Shown here: piece by piece, positions 41,924 to 63,131 of the stretch | Layout: every line of letters starts with the position of its first letter | Numbering within the stretch: the first letter of the stretch is position 1 | Assembly (NCBI RefSeq): GCF_009914755.1 | Contig: NC_060926.1 | Source of the DNA: the human T2T-CHM13v2.0 reference genome, Homo sapiens | Reading direction: 5' to 3' (one strand) | DNA: 64,000 bases | Position numbers and translations under genes: made by a program | Notes under the pieces: model-generated | The model's input: the letters and a program-made list of their open reading frames with translations, nothing else | Database searches by the model: none | Told to the model about the DNA's origin: nothing

Positions 41924-42227
41924 CAGCTGGGCAAGGTGGCTCACACCTGTAGTCCTAGCACTTTGGGAGGCCAGGATCGGCAGATCACCTGAGGTCAGGA
42001 GTTCGAGACCAGCCTAGCCAACATGGTGAAACCTCATCTCTACTGAAAATACAAAAAATTAGCCAGGTGTCATGGCACGTGCCTGTAATCCCAACTACTC
42101 GGGAGGCTGAGGCAGGAGAATCCCTTGAACGCGGGAGGTGGAGGTTGCAGTGATTGCGAGATTGCGCCACTGCACTCCAGCCTGGGTGACAGAGAGAGAC
42201 TCCAACTCAAAAAAATAAATCAATAAA
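41924..42227 (+). mobile_element. AluS
   Basis: Alu consensus match. Confidence 0.9.
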
Positions 42228-42263
42228 ATTTTCTAAAACCAAGGTATCTGGGAAGGTGGTGGC

Positions 42264-42624
42264 TGTTACGGACGGAATGCTTGTGTCTGTGTCTCCCTAA
42301 AATTCCTATGTTGAAACTATTCCCCTGAGGGTATTAGGAGGTGTAGTCTTGGGGAGGTAATTAGGATTACATGAGGTCATGAGGGTGGAGCCCTCATGAA
42401 TGGGATCTGAGTAGTGCCCTTATACTAATCCTGAGAGAGCTTGCTTCTGTCTCTGCCACGTGAAGACAGAGAAGACAACCATCATGAATCAGGAAGCTGG
42501 CCATCCCCAGACTCCAAACGTACAGACACCTGGATCTTGGCCTCCAGAACTGAGAAATAAATGTTCCTTGTTGAGGTCACCCAGTTTACAGTATTCTGTT
42601 CCAGCAATCTGAGATGACTAAGAA
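42264..42624 (+). mobile_element. MaLR LTR (MLT1A/MST-like)
   Basis: aattcctatgttgaaac, ggtcatgagggtggagccctcatgaatggga, gactaaga motifs. Confidence 0.75.
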
Positions 42625-42689
42625 AGTAGAGGTGTAGTTTTTTAATCTCTCAGTCTCCTCTGAAAAGAGAGAGAATGATTGGTTCATAA

Positions 42690-44390
42690 CAGCACTACTC
42701 ACCACAGCCTAAGGTGGTAGCAACTTATTCATCGACAGATGAATAAGTAAACAAAATGTGGTAGGTACATACAATGGAATATTATTCGGCCTTAAAAAGG
42801 AAGAAGATTCTTCCATGCTGCAACATGGATGAAGCCTGAGGACATTATGCTAAGAGAAATAAGCCAGTCACAGAAGGACAAATATTGTATGACTTCACTT
42901 ATGTGAGATTCCTAGAGTAGTCAAATTCATAGAGACAGAAGTGGAAGTGGGGATTGCCTGGGCCGGGTGCGGAGGGAATGGGTGGGCATACAGTGGGAAG
43001 TGGGAGGTGATTTTGCAGGCTCCAGTTTGCCATGTGTGCCAACATGGAGAAATTTGACATAAAAGAAATTTGTATGCTTTGAGCCTCTAAGCAAAAAGAT
43101 CAAGTCACTACAAGGGAAAGAAATCCAGATTGTCATCAGATTTTTCACTGCAATTCTATCATGGTAGAACATATTTAAGTTCCTCACTGAAAGATGAGTG
43201 GAGGATTTTGTCTCCAGCCAAACTGGCCCTCAAGTATAAAGGCTGCAATGAACTGTCACTGTCATCAACAAGCACAAACTCAAGAGACAGTGTCCCCATA
43301 TTCCCATTGTGAAATATCTACCATAGGACTGCTTTAGAAAACCAAAATGACTGGAAAGACATCAACAGAAAATTCAATGGTGAGCATTCCACACATATTT
43401 GTCCACAGAACTAAGAAACCAAATAGCATGTGGAAGGCTCGATGCTCTGAAAAAGTACAGACAATATAACCATCAAAAAATAGGGAAGAATGAGAGATTA
43501 TACAAAAAAGACAAGATGCTTGCTGACTGCCTTCCGGGTATCAGCTGGGAATTGAGGGCTATTCCTCCAAAGCAGATGCTGAGGAACACAGGGGAAGAGT
43601 GACGAAGATGTTACTGGCTAATTTCAAACACAGCTCCAAGTGGGGAAGCAACAGACAATAGAAACCCTCCCAAAAAAGAGAACATAAAGGAATTTTATAA
43701 GATGAATAATATCAAGGTAATCATTAAAACAAAAAATACAACACAAACATTCACATCAAAAGGCAGAGAAGAAGGGAGGCAGAGAGAGAGACACAGAGGG
43801 ACAGTGGGAAGGGAAAGAAAGAACGAGGCGGGTAGAAAGGTGGGAGGGGGAGAGGGAGAAGGAGGGAGAGAGAGAGAGAAAGAATATATGCAAATAAAAC
43901 AGACCAGACAGTAAAAGGGGGGAGGCAGTGAACAGAGTGAAGGAGAGAAACTGAGTTTAGACTTCTTTGAATATACTTTGTTTTACTGATTTGACTTTTG
44001 AGCTATGTAAATATTTTATAAAATTATAAAACAAATTAAATTTTAAAAAGCAATCCCCAAAAAACCAAAAGTCAAATGAAACAAATGAACCTAACTACAT
44101 ATGTAAGAGTTGGTGGCAGAACCACACAGAGGAGAACTATCCCATGTGACATTAAAACAGTAATTTGAGTGTACAGGCTAGCGAGATTTTTCCCTAAGGA
44201 TTAAAAAAAAAAAGCAAAAACATTCACTGGACGAGTTTGGAAATATGAGCACTGACCAGATACCCAGCACACAAAGGAATCAGTGCTGATATGGGGGAGT
44301 GACAACAATGGTACTGCGGTTACATTTCAAAGGGGGCATCCGTGCTTTTAGAGACATGTATTGAAATGTTTTTAGATGAAATGGAAAAAA
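42690..44390 (+). mobile_element. Nested old L1M fragments with a GA-rich tract
   Basis: L1 3'UTR motifs (acaatggaatattattcggccttaaaaagg; aaccacacagaggagaacta). Confidence 0.6.
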
Positions 44391-45506
44391 AAATCTATCG
44401 GAGCCCAAGCTTAAATATAAACACCATCCATATTATGTGACAGAAATCAGGTAATATTTTGTGTGTGTGACACAAATCTTTGTCTATAAAGCAAGATGTC
44501 CCTTTACTGTCTCTTATTTTAAATACAGCATTCTAAACTGTAATATAATTTAAGGCTTGCTTTCTAAAGTTCTGAACAACCCTTTTGGATCTCCTGAAGA
44601 AACGATCCTTAATCCCAGCCCCACAGTCAAACTTCTTGACAAACCCCTTGCTAATTCAGAACTCAGAGAAGCGAAACCAGCCCTTGCTTTAAATGAAGGG
44701 AAAGGAGTGCAATGGTGAAGAAGTCTACTGAGCTCAAGCTTCTCATCCTCTCCCTTCCTGGTTTCTCTAAGCTTAGGGTCTAGCATGTGGTCACAAACAC
44801 TCTAAGACTAAAAGAAGCAATGTAGTTAACCATATGAGCTGAATATAATCCTTTAAAACATACACATTTATGAAAAGTCATTTCTAAACCTTTTTTTTGC
44901 ATCAATATTGTTTTATTGTTTAAGGTTTCTATTTCAAACAAAAACCCCGTGCTGCCAATCCATTATATCACAGCTCTGCTGGAAGGCCAGTTGGAAGCTC
45001 TGAATTACTCATTCATTCTTTCCTTGGTATTAAAAGGGAAGAACCTACCCAGGACCTAGGGGAGGGAGAAGTATGGCGCTGAGGGGTGACATGATAAATG
45101 GTATGGGCCACAAATCGCAGGTGCATGAGGTAAGAAGTCTTTAGCTCTGCCCAGAGGAAAGGGAAGGCTTAGTGAAGAGGAGATATTTATGCGAGGTATC
45201 AAAACTATTTTTTCGAGTAGAGAAGTACCCTCCAGTAATTGCAGGGTAAAGGGCCCTATGGGAAGCGCCAGCCTGACTTAGCCAGCCTGATGCCCAGAGG
45301 CATGGCTGATCTGCCATGTCTTGTCTGTGAAATGAGGACAATGGTACCAGTCATTACCGAATTCTTTTGAGGGTTAAAACAACAAATGTTTTTAAATGCC
45401 TTGAAGCGTTCCTGACATACTATCCGGCTCACTGGTTGTTTGTTCTCTTTGTCTTCCACCCTTTGAGGCAGAAATGTAGAATGTAGGCATGTGCTTCATA
45501 GGAGTG

Positions 45507-45509
<3 letters not shown>

Positions 45510-45547
<38 letters not shown>
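45510..45547. repeat. (GT)n microsatellite
   Basis: Pure GT run. Confidence 0.95.
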
Positions 45548-45551
<4 letters not shown>

Positions 45552-46740
45552 GACAAGGAGGCCACAGAAGAGGGTGGGGTCAGCCATGCTTCAAGGTTGT
45601 GGACTTGACCTGGGCAACGAGATGCCCCCTAAAGTATTTTAAGCAAAGGACTCGGTCCGTAATGGAAAAAGATCATTTCCATATAGTTGCATGGATGATG
45701 GACTGCAATCACACAAGGAGGCTGTTAAAAACGTGGGCAAAAGTGAGCATGGTCTGAATACCAGCAGTAACAGTGGGAACTGAGAATAATGGGTGAACTC
45801 GAGATAATTCTGAAGGTGTATTTCCAGGGCTGGAGATAGGAGCTTGCAGTAATACAGGGAGAAGCGGGAAGCAGGTTAGAAAAGAAACAAACAAACAAAA
45901 AAACCCTGAGATACCAGATTGGAGAACAAGATGACTAATATTTTCTAATACTGACTGTGTAGCTCTACCCTGGCAAAAAGCATAGGGAAGAAAAGAGCAA
46001 AAATCAGATAAACAGCATTGAAAGCCTCTGTAAGAAAATGCTACACGCTTAAAATGTGCACATGGTGTGTGTGCAAGAAGGGAATACTCCACAGTGGCAG
46101 CTGGAAAACCTTGGAATGTGGCCCCCCTGGACTTCCACACATCCACCGAGGGCAGCTTGCAGGAGAGGAGAAGGGGCTGAGAGCACATGCGGCAGTGGCA
46201 GGCCTGGGACTGGCGATCTGCCTCTGGTCTGCACCCTCCCCTCCAGGGCACAAGAAGCTCAGCAGCTTTCTTCTTTTTGCCTTTGCTGCCCCCTGCTGAA
46301 TGCTAGTAGATCAGTCTTACTCAAAAGTTAGCAACAAAGATGAAAACTTTATCAACGTTTAAATGTAGAAAAGAGGTCCTGCTCACCTTCACAGCCCACA
46401 ACCATAAATCACACAACCTGTCTTCTTTCATTTTCAGAATCTACCCTTTTCTGCATAAAGCACCTGAGGCCAAAGAACATATCATTCCACAACAATTACA
46501 CTGTCTTCTCTAAAATCTGACCAATATTAAGAACTTTTTCATTATTAATTTAGATATTCATACAAAGCACACATACATAGCAATATTATGTTTTGTTCCC
46601 CTCAAATATGGAATAACCTGTACAACCTAATAACTCATCAAGTAACAGTTTTTAGGAGACCCGATTTATATCAATTGCATTTATTATACCAAATTATATT
46701 TAAAATGAGTGTTTCTTAAGTGCATTAAAAATGTTCTCCT

Positions 46741-47072
<332 letters not shown>

Positions 47073-47563
47073 CTACAATACCAATTTAGTTAGCAAAATG
47101 GTTATCAATATGTTTAGTAAAGCTTTTCCTACAGATGATAGAAATCTAAACTTTAATTCAACCCCTTCCTGACAAATACAAATTCTAAATTCAGAGACAA
47201 ATTAACCTGACCTCACTCTTTTGCTTTATAAGAACTATGTTATTGATCCTTCTCTGAAGGTCCACGGAAGAGGAAAGTTGATTAGAAATACAAGCCTATA
47301 TCTAAAATAGCAGAATTAAGTCACAAGTTAGAAGCCTGACTTCTCCACTCTTGGCAGTGCCTTCTCAGTCACAAGCTGTTTGACCGCCCTAAAGCCTGTT
47401 TCCTTATCTACACAATATGTATTTGTTGAGAAAATTAAACAACAGATATAAAAGCAGTGTGTACAGCCCGGTACACAGGAAGGGCCGATGCATGTTAGTT
47501 AAATCTGAATGTCCTCTAACTGGTGACTTAGAGGCATATTTCTGTGACCAGTTAATTACAAAC

Positions 47564-47718
47564 CTGAAATTTTTCCTTTGGAATGTTCCTCCGGGCTCCT
47601 TTTGCTAAAACCAAAGCCTCTTCTACTCTGCGGCTTGCTAGAAGATCCTGTATTTGTTTTTCCAAAGGTAATGGAACCAAGATGTAAACTCCTTTACTTG
47701 TGGCAACGATCACTCTTC
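47564..47718 (-). CDS. TGFBRAP1: TGFBRAP1 exon 4, 155 nt
   Basis: cacag|GAAGA ... TTTCAG|gtttgt; GRVIVATSKG...KEKFQ; phase 1-0. Confidence 0.96.
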
Positions 47719-47960
47719 CTGTGAAGAAATTCAGCATTGTTGGAAAGAGAAAAAACACACTGCCTGCAAAAAAACACACTGCTTTCCCCAAACTGGATCA
47801 TTACCTGATTTGTTCAACAACTTCACCATAGTTTTCTCAAAGGAATTCCTACAAAAATTATAAATTATAATGCTTTTCTTTTTCCCACACTGTCAACTGT
47901 CAGAAAAGGGCAAACTCTTACTATGACATTTCCAAAGAATAATATCTTGCTTTCTTTTTT

Positions 47961-47997
<37 letters not shown>

Positions 47998-49721
47998 GAG
48001 AAATGCTGGTAAATGTAAAATCAGTGTAGTAAACGCATAATACATAGTCCAGTGAAGATGCAGAGTTCAATCAGGGAACATTATCAATAAGAATACACAA
48101 CATTTTTAAAACATTCTTTTCCCTCCAAGTTAGTTTATATAAAATTAAAATTTTAATGTGATATTTTGAAGCATGAGATAATATTTCATGCTCATCTGCC
48201 AACCAAAAATACCTCCAAAGTCTTGCCATTAATGTATTCATCTCCCCACAATCCTGCAAGTTAACCTGGCCCATGGTCAACACTGCCATCCTCATTTTAC
48301 CTGTGAGCCCCTCCACAGGTAGTCTGTGGAAGAGTCAGAACTGCAGTCCAAGACTAGCTCCTACTACTAAGCTTCCAGATTAAAACTGGCTCCCTTCTGC
48401 AGAAACTTTCAGCTAAGCACCACCTGTTCATAGGAAACAATCTAACTCTTTCTGTCTTCTGTATCACAACTAAGGCAGTTTTTCTCATTCTCAAATGACA
48501 TTCTGTCCCTGCTCTGCCTGGAGTCACTTTTCCCAGGAAGCCTCCCTGTGTTCTCACCCTGGGCCTGTTACATCATCCTTCTCTGTGTGTCCACCACACC
48601 CTGAGCCCGACTCTACCACTCAACAGGCACCGCACCACAACACTGCTCTGTGTGTGACCCCAGCGCATGCGCCAGAGCCCCACCGGAATTAGCCCACTTA
48701 ATGGCAGGAACTGTGAGTCTTCTTATCTCCTATAAGCATCTATAAGACAGCACTTGGCACAGCAAGGGTAATGTTTGGTGAACGAAAACCCTTAAGTGGC
48801 AAATGCGATGCATAAATCTAGATTCGTTCCTGGTTGGAAGAAAATATGATAAAAGCCATTCTTAGGTCAACTGGGGAAATCTGAATATTGGCAGGACATG
48901 AGATGGTATTGTAAATTAATGTGAATTTTTTTCAGGTGTGAAAATGGCATTGTGGTTTTGTAGGAAAATGCCCTTATTCTTGGGAGATATGTGTGGAAGA
49001 ATTTTGGGATTAAATATCATGATATCTTCCTCGTACTTTCAAATGGCTCAGCAAAATGTTAACAAGCGTTGAATCTAGGTGAAAGGTTTCTGGTGGTTTA
49101 CTTTGTCTCTCTTACCACTTTTCGGTCTGCTTCAAAGTGTTCAAAATAAAACTGAAGAAAAGTAGAGTAAATCCTTCAAGTGGCTCACCATACACATGAA
49201 ATGAAGTCCCTCCTGCCTCCGCCACCCTGACTACCCTGGTCTGCTGCAGCCTCAGCTCACGCTGCCCCTTCAAACACACCATGCACTACAGTCACAGTGA
49301 GCTGCTTGAGTGGCCTGAAGCCCATAGTACCCTCTTGAACAGATTCGCATACACCTTTCTCTCTACCAGAAGGTTCTTACACACAACATCTGCTTGGCTG
49401 ACTCCTATGCATCCTTAAAGGTTTGGCTAAAACAGCACCTCCTTCAGGAAGCCCTCCCTGATATCTCTAGGAAATACTTTCTCCTCTGCTCTCACAATGG
49501 GCCTTATTCCATCGTGATCAAGCTTTTATACTGCCATAGCTATTTGTTTAAATGTCTGTCTCCCCACTAACTGTGCAGCCCCTGAAGCACAGAGACTGTA
49601 TTGGAGTCATCTGTGTATCTTTTATGCTTAGCGCAAGGCCCAGTTCCTAAATGATATTTACCGAAGAAATATCATAAAAGAGTTAAGTAAATTTCACTAA
49701 GACTTCTATGTGAATGAGTAC

Positions 49722-49916
49722 CTTCAAAGTCCTGTAGGATATGGCCCTCCTTAAAGGGCAGCGTCTGCTTCTGTTGCTGATCCAACATGCTGTGGACTGT
49801 GATGAATTCGTCATCGAGCGCTATGACGTATGGAAAGGACACAGCCGCCCCAATCACATTCTCCGACCAGTGCACGGGGGCGCGCTGGGATATCCCTGCG
49901 ACTGTGGCAAACATGC
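49722..49916 (-). CDS. TGFBRAP1: TGFBRAP1 exon 3, 195 nt
   Basis: ctag|GCATG ... GAAG|gtactc; GMFATVAGISQ...ILQDFE; phase 1-1. Confidence 0.96.
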
Positions 49917-50207
49917 CTAGAAGTAAGAAGAAAGAGTTAGGTAGGCTTCCAAATAAGCATGGTGTCATTTTCCTGTAGCTATGTCTGGATGCAGACCGAC
50001 CCCTGCCCACCAGCAATTTTCCTGTACAGTCTTATATTTCAAGGAAGGAAAAACAATATAATATGCTGTATGTGTGAAGAGCCCTACAGGAATTTATTTC
50101 TGTGAAGAGAACTACCTTACCCAGAATGTATATCTGATATTTACTTCCAATTAAAAATGAAGTTGTAATAATATTACCACAAACTTAGCAAAATAAAAAA
50201 TAAAATA

Positions 50208-50520
50208 GGCCGGACGTGGTGGCTCACACCTGTAATCCCAACATGTTGGGAGACAGAGGCGGGCAGATGGTGCTTGAGCTCAGGAGTTCAAGACTAGCCT
50301 GGGCAACATGGCAAAACCTCACCCTTACAAAAAATATAAAAATTAGCCAGGTGTGGTGGTGCACATCTGTAGTCCCAGCTACTCGGGAGGCTAAGGTGGA
50401 AAGATCACTTGAGCCCTGAAGGTCAAGGCTGCAGTGAGCCGTGATCACGCCACTGTACTCCAGCTTGGGCGACAGAGTGAGAACCTGTCTAAAAATAAGT
50501 AAGTAAAATAAAATAAAAAT
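50208..50520 (+). mobile_element. AluJ
   Basis: Alu consensus match. Confidence 0.88.
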
Positions 50521-51633
50521 GAGGTTAAAAATACATTTCCATATAAGCCACATGAAGATTGACAAAGCATGTGTCCTCACGTGAGGACAAAGTGACTTTC
50601 AAATAGGGCGTAATCCTGAGGATTCTGCTGAATTTCTGCTCAAGTAACATGCTCTAGACAGCACAGCTCTCATGGTCACATGGACACCAATAACATCGCC
50701 CAGCCTCACCCTGGAGGTCAAAGAGGGTCACTGCATTTACCTGCTTAAGGCTGAACATCGCCCAACCAGAGAACTATGCAGCACAGAGGCCCTGATGAAT
50801 GTTTTTAAAATAAAAAGGGCAAGGACCTGGGGCAGTGGTGCGTGTCCATAATCCCAGCTACTTGGGAGGCTGACACAGGAAGATTGCTTGAGCCCAGAAG
50901 TTCAAAACCAGCCTGGGCAACATAGTGAGACCCCACCTCAAAATAAATAAATAAAGGGCAAAGGATGAGGAGTCAGTAACAAAGGCATCCACGCAAAAAG
51001 CAAAGCAAAGCTTTCACTAGAATAAAAAAGCAAGCAGTAACTGGCAAAAGAGGAGTCCAGGACAAGCACTAGGAGAAGCCTCGAAGCCCCACTTGGGAAC
51101 AGAGGGGACTGTGATCAACACCCACAAACTAATTCTATTCTTGCCAAATAGGTGATAAAGTCTATTGTTTCTGTAGTGCTGCAGGAGTGCAACTGCTGTC
51201 AACAGGCACATGTAACAAATGTGTAAATGGCACACCTTTTAAAACCATTATTTTCAATCGTGTACCCTTTATGTTTCATCCACCCCCTTATCTAAGCTGG
51301 GAGAAGGAGAGGGAACCATGTGTGGTGAAGAGTAGCTGAATTATTTACCTTCTTCAAGAAGCACTGTCATAGGACAGGGTTTAAGACTTTAAACCTCTGG
51401 TTTAAAGTCTGGTGGTTACTATGCTGAAGATAGAATCTGTATATAGGTACTGTGTGATAGGCGTTACAAGTAATCTTTCAATTTGCTTATAATTGTGCCA
51501 GTTACAAGCAGAACAAAACTTAAGAAGGTTGGTTCATTTAGCCAGATGCCCATGTAGCTGAGACACAGTGCATCATAAAGATTATTGACTATTATTTCCC
51601 ATCAATCCTAACACTACAACCAACATAGGATAA

Positions 51634-51947
<314 letters not shown>

Positions 51948-51949
51948 TA

Positions 51950-56410
<4,461 letters not shown>

Positions 56411-56854
56411 AGTCTATTTTTTTAAAAAGTGAAAAACAAGAGATATACATGAAATAGTTCATGACAGGAATTCGTTATCACAAGAAAATGTGTTTGCACT
56501 CAGCAATTTGAAATGAGGTGACTATACAAAAACTTGCCAAGGATAAAAAATACCAGTGTTAAAAGGAATGCGCTCTCACCAGCATCCCTGTACCATAAAC
56601 ACATACACTAACTCTAATATGAGCCACCCCTGGCTGGAAGAAAATACCAGGAGACATCACTAAGGTTAAAGCACTGATTCTTCATCTTGATAAGGCTGTC
56701 CAGAGAATTAGTTAAGTCCATAAGAGCACTGCTAAAGCCCCTTTTGAGGAGCTAGCTACAAAAAACTTTTTGGTGGGATGAAATGACAGGACATAACAGA
56801 GAGAAAATGTTATGGACATGACATTGAAAATACTTAGTGAGCTACCTCAAATCC

Positions 56855-58576
<1,722 letters not shown>

Positions 58577-58826
58577 CCACCAGAGCTGTCTTCAAGCTCC
58601 ACTTTAATGTGAAAGAAACTGGTTTTATGACTCCAACCCCACGTTCACAGAACAATCGAACTGGATTTCATCAAGCACTGGTCAAGCACTGCTACCTCTG
58701 TCTTGCCACACACGCCCAATGTCACTGAGGATTTATTCTGCACAGCGCCAATCTCACTCTCCAGTTTCAACACGCAGTCACCGAGGCCACCCAAAAAGAT
58801 CAGGCGCACAAATGCATCCTCCTCAC

Positions 58827-59514
58827 CCAGCCCTCCGGGGCCCGCCAGCAGGAACTCCTGTCTCCCTATCCTCTTGACGATCGGCGGCCTCTCCTCACTG
58901 CAGTAGGGAAACAGGTCCTGGGAGACGCCTGTGCTGTAATTGTGGATGATGTACTGAGTGGTCAGAGCCAGACACAGGAAGTGGCCGTCCACAGCCACAG
59001 CGAGGGGCTGCTCGGCAGTCGACACCTCCTTGACGATCTGCACCCGGTCCTCGTACACCAGAAACATCTGGATGGTTCTGCGTTTGACAGAGATGATGCA
59101 AACTTCTACACAGAAGGGGTCCCCACTCACAGGGTTCTCGTTCAGTGCAAACGTGGCTGCCCCCTTGATGCGGGCCCCCGAAGGCACTGGCTCGAGGTTC
59201 AGCATGTTGACCAGGCTGATGGAGTTGTCACACAGCACCAGCAGCCTGTTGAGTGCTGAGGCCGCGCGCAGCTCGTTCACGGGCTTCTTGAAGCCCAAGT
59301 GTCTCTGCAGCTGTTTGGTGGCAGTGAACGTGGCTGGCCCAGCAGGCACTGGCCTCTCCTCCAACAGGAAGTGGTAGACGAAGCAGTCGTTGGTGCCCAC
59401 GTAGAGGTCCCTGCCGCAGCACTCCACGCACTCTATGTTGACGCGCTCCTTGTCGCCCATCAGCAGCTCCCGCTCCACAGCAGAGACAAGCGTAAAGGCT
59501 TTGATGCTCATCAT
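58827..59514 (-). CDS. TGFBRAP1: TGFBRAP1 coding exon 1 (gene exon 2), 688 nt, CNH domain start
   Basis: ATG at 59514-59512; acceptor ttccag at 59533/59532 leaves 17 nt of 5'UTR; donor CTGG|gtgagg; MMSIKAF...GPGGL. Confidence 0.97.
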
Positions 59515-59728
59515 GTCTACTGGCTGATCTGCTGGAAGAGAAAGAGGAAAACTAATTTTAGAGGAACAAGGAAGAAGCAGAAACAGAGGCTGCAATAATG
59601 ATACGTGGATTCCCTAGTTGTCATTTTCATTAAAGAAAGTCATTCCACGCTATCAAAAAATGGAAAGAAACCATTTCCCCACAGACCTCCCCCATCAGAC
59701 AGCAGAAGACCCAAGAAGAAAACCACAG

Positions 59729-59761
<33 letters not shown>

Positions 59762-60971
59762 TGTATGTGCTTGTGATCACGTGCCATCCTGCTCAGTCCC
59801 CACACAGAGTCACCTGGAGCCTCCTCACATTGCTCCCGGGAGACACGCTTGAAGGCAGAAGACAAATGCATGCATTCACCCACGGGCAACATAACAAAAG
59901 GATTTCTGTGAGGCAGGAGGGTGGCTTGACCCCAGGAGCTGGAGGCCAGCCTGGGCAATATAATGAGACCCCATTTAAAAAAAAAAACAAAAAGGATTTC
60001 TGAAAAAGGCAGAAATGATCCTCACTGATCTTCCCTGAGTTTCTACAGCTACTTGAATATGCACTTTAGTCAATGAACACAACCACAGTCACAGGATCCT
60101 GCCAGGAACACCGAGGCAGACGCCAGGCCTTGGATTCCTTTGTGTTCTTCCCAATAAGGCAGGCGCATCAGCCTCAGCTCCGGAGTAAATGTATTCATGT
60201 GGAGAGTAAAGGTGTGCCTCGGATCTCGAAAGGCTTTCAGATGGTGAGTGGAGCTATTTAGTGGATGTGTGGACCGACCGGTCCCTGGCTCCCATTGGAA
60301 GTGAGACTTTCCCACACACTAGCCCGTCGCCTCCTACTTCATCTTCTGCAGAGAACTGTGGCTTCACACTCCACAAAGTCACAGGGAGAAGATCAGGCAA
60401 GGTGGCCTTTCTGACTTCTCAGGCAGCCAGAAGCAAACTCAAAGGCACAGTCCCTGTGAGCGGGAGCAGGGCAGGGGATCAGAGAGCTGGAAAGAGGACT
60501 GCAGAGAATGACGGGAGCTGCAGGGCAGCTGGCTGGGCTTGCGTCAGCACTGCTGCATGTTCAGAGAGCTTGAAGTGAAAGGCTGCTATCACTGTCACTT
60601 CCTCATCTCAAGTTGTCTGAACATGGAACAGTGCTGCTTCATGAGAGCTTAAGTTCCTAATACTTGGAGGCATTCCAGCAAAGCAGGGAAGACCTCTCAG
60701 AAATATTCAAGAAAGGTTCACGCATCAGGGAAGGGAAGGAATCAGAGAACTTCTTTGGTGCCTTTCAAATAGAAAATTTGGAATTCTACAATTTTGTGTC
60801 TGCCCCCATCCATGGGGGCAATGACAGCTACACACAAGTGAGACTCCAGCCCCCTTCCTTAGCTCTACAAAACCCCCAGGAGGGAGGATACCCCAGGGTT
60901 GAGGAGGAGGCTTGTCTGTAGACACATCAGTCCTTCCTGTTTTCTTCCCATCACTTGAGCAAATTACTTGG

Positions 60972-61321
60972 TGCTATGGTCAGAATGTCTGTGTCCCCCT
61001 AAAATTCATATGTTGGAACTTAATCCCCAGAGTGGTAGTGTTGGGAGGTGGGGAGGTGATTAGGTCATGAGGGTGGAGCCCTTATGAATGGCATTAGTGC
61101 CCTTATTAAAGAGGCCCCAGAGAGCTTATTTGTTCCTTCCATCCACTATGTGAGGAGGCAGCTGCAAGGCACCACCCCTGAGGGATGGGCCCTCACCAAA
61201 CACTGAGCCTACCATGCCTTAATCTTGGACTTCCCAGCCTCCATGAACGGTAAGCAATACATTTCTATTATCTATTAATTACCTAGTGTATGGTAGTTTG
61301 TTACAGCAGCTGGAATGGACA
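60972..61321 (+). mobile_element. MaLR LTR (MLT1A/MST-like)
   Basis: tgctatggt...ggaca with 5-bp TSD cttgg (60967-60971, 61322-61326). Confidence 0.82.
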
Positions 61322-62616
61322 CTTGGCTATTCCAGCCTCAACTGCCTCATCTGTGAAATGAGAATAACGGTACCTACTTCATAGGATTGTTGGACGATTA
61401 AGTAAGTGACCTCATATAAAATGCGGACAGCTGGCACACAGCACTCAAACTTTTGGATCTCATCATAAATACTATGATTCCCTCCCAGTCTGGATCAGCT
61501 CTCACTCCTCTCTCAAACTACCAGCTTGCTTCAGGTGTTTATTTCCCAAGCTGGGCACCAAGAGATTAGACTATGCTGTCTTCTGTCCTCAGATATGGGT
61601 AACCTGTTCACCTCCGCCAAAACACAGCCCGCATCATAAGCCAGAACACACACTCACACACCTGCCCCACCCCTAAGACATCTTCACACTCACCTACGGG
61701 AGCTCATCTTCACAGAAACTATGGAAAAGAGCTGGGGGAAGTGTAGAGGGAGGTTCTAAAGGCACCACAGAGAAGGAATCATGTCCATCTACCTCGGGGC
61801 TGTGGGAACATCCCCAGAATCCCAGGTGAGGCCGAGTGCAGAACTCTTGCAGGCTTCTACAAATAGTCTCTGGCACAAACAGCTCTTAAACAACATCATG
61901 TATTTGTCCCAACCAAACATAACCACCAAAACCCACCTAGACAACATTTTTTTCTCCATTTAAGAGCTAATGAGTAAAACCCAGATATTGAAATGTCAGC
62001 TTCCAGACATCTAAGTTAGTGAAAGTGAAGTAATACAAAATACTTCTTCCTTCATTGATTAATCAATCAGGGTTGTCTTTTTTAAATGGCAGGAGTAAGC
62101 AGTTCTGCCATTTAAAATATAAATTGTGTCTCCCTTTGCGGAAGGAATAGAGAAACAAACTCTGGGCACCTACAATCAAACTCCTTTTATTTAGCTTCTT
62201 AAAAGTATAATATTCATAATTCCAGCCCCTGTCTTCAGTTAGCATAAGGGATAAACTAAACACATTTGCAGTAAAGAATATTATAGAAAGAATCAAACGC
62301 CTCATATTTAGTCTAAATCCTGGGGTAGATAGAGAAGGGGAGAGGGAGAGAGAGCTGTAAAAAAAAACAAAAAACAAAAAACAAAAAAACATATGGTTTA
62401 CTAAAAAGTCATAACTCTATAATATTTAAAAACAAATGCAATATTGTTTCATTATCTAGTAAACTGTATTCAAGCCTTGCTAAAGATAAGCTTCCTATTA
62501 TAGGCCTTTAAATTAAGGACTTGCTTTGGTAATTAAATGGTAATAATGCAGAATTACATGGAGGTAAATGAAAGCTGAAGAAGTAACATGCTAGCACTTA
62601 AAAATGACTTATCCTT

Positions 62617-63131
<515 letters not shown>

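Noticed and set aside
38195-42960. L1M 3' ends at 38195-38595 and ~42700-42960 resembling the inverted-repeat arms
   Set aside because: They share only L1 consensus sequence, not the unique flanks, so they are not further copies of the duplication
58645-59595. 316-aa ORF extending beyond exon 2 on both sides
   Set aside because: The extensions are intronic read-through past clear acceptor (59532) and donor (58826) sites
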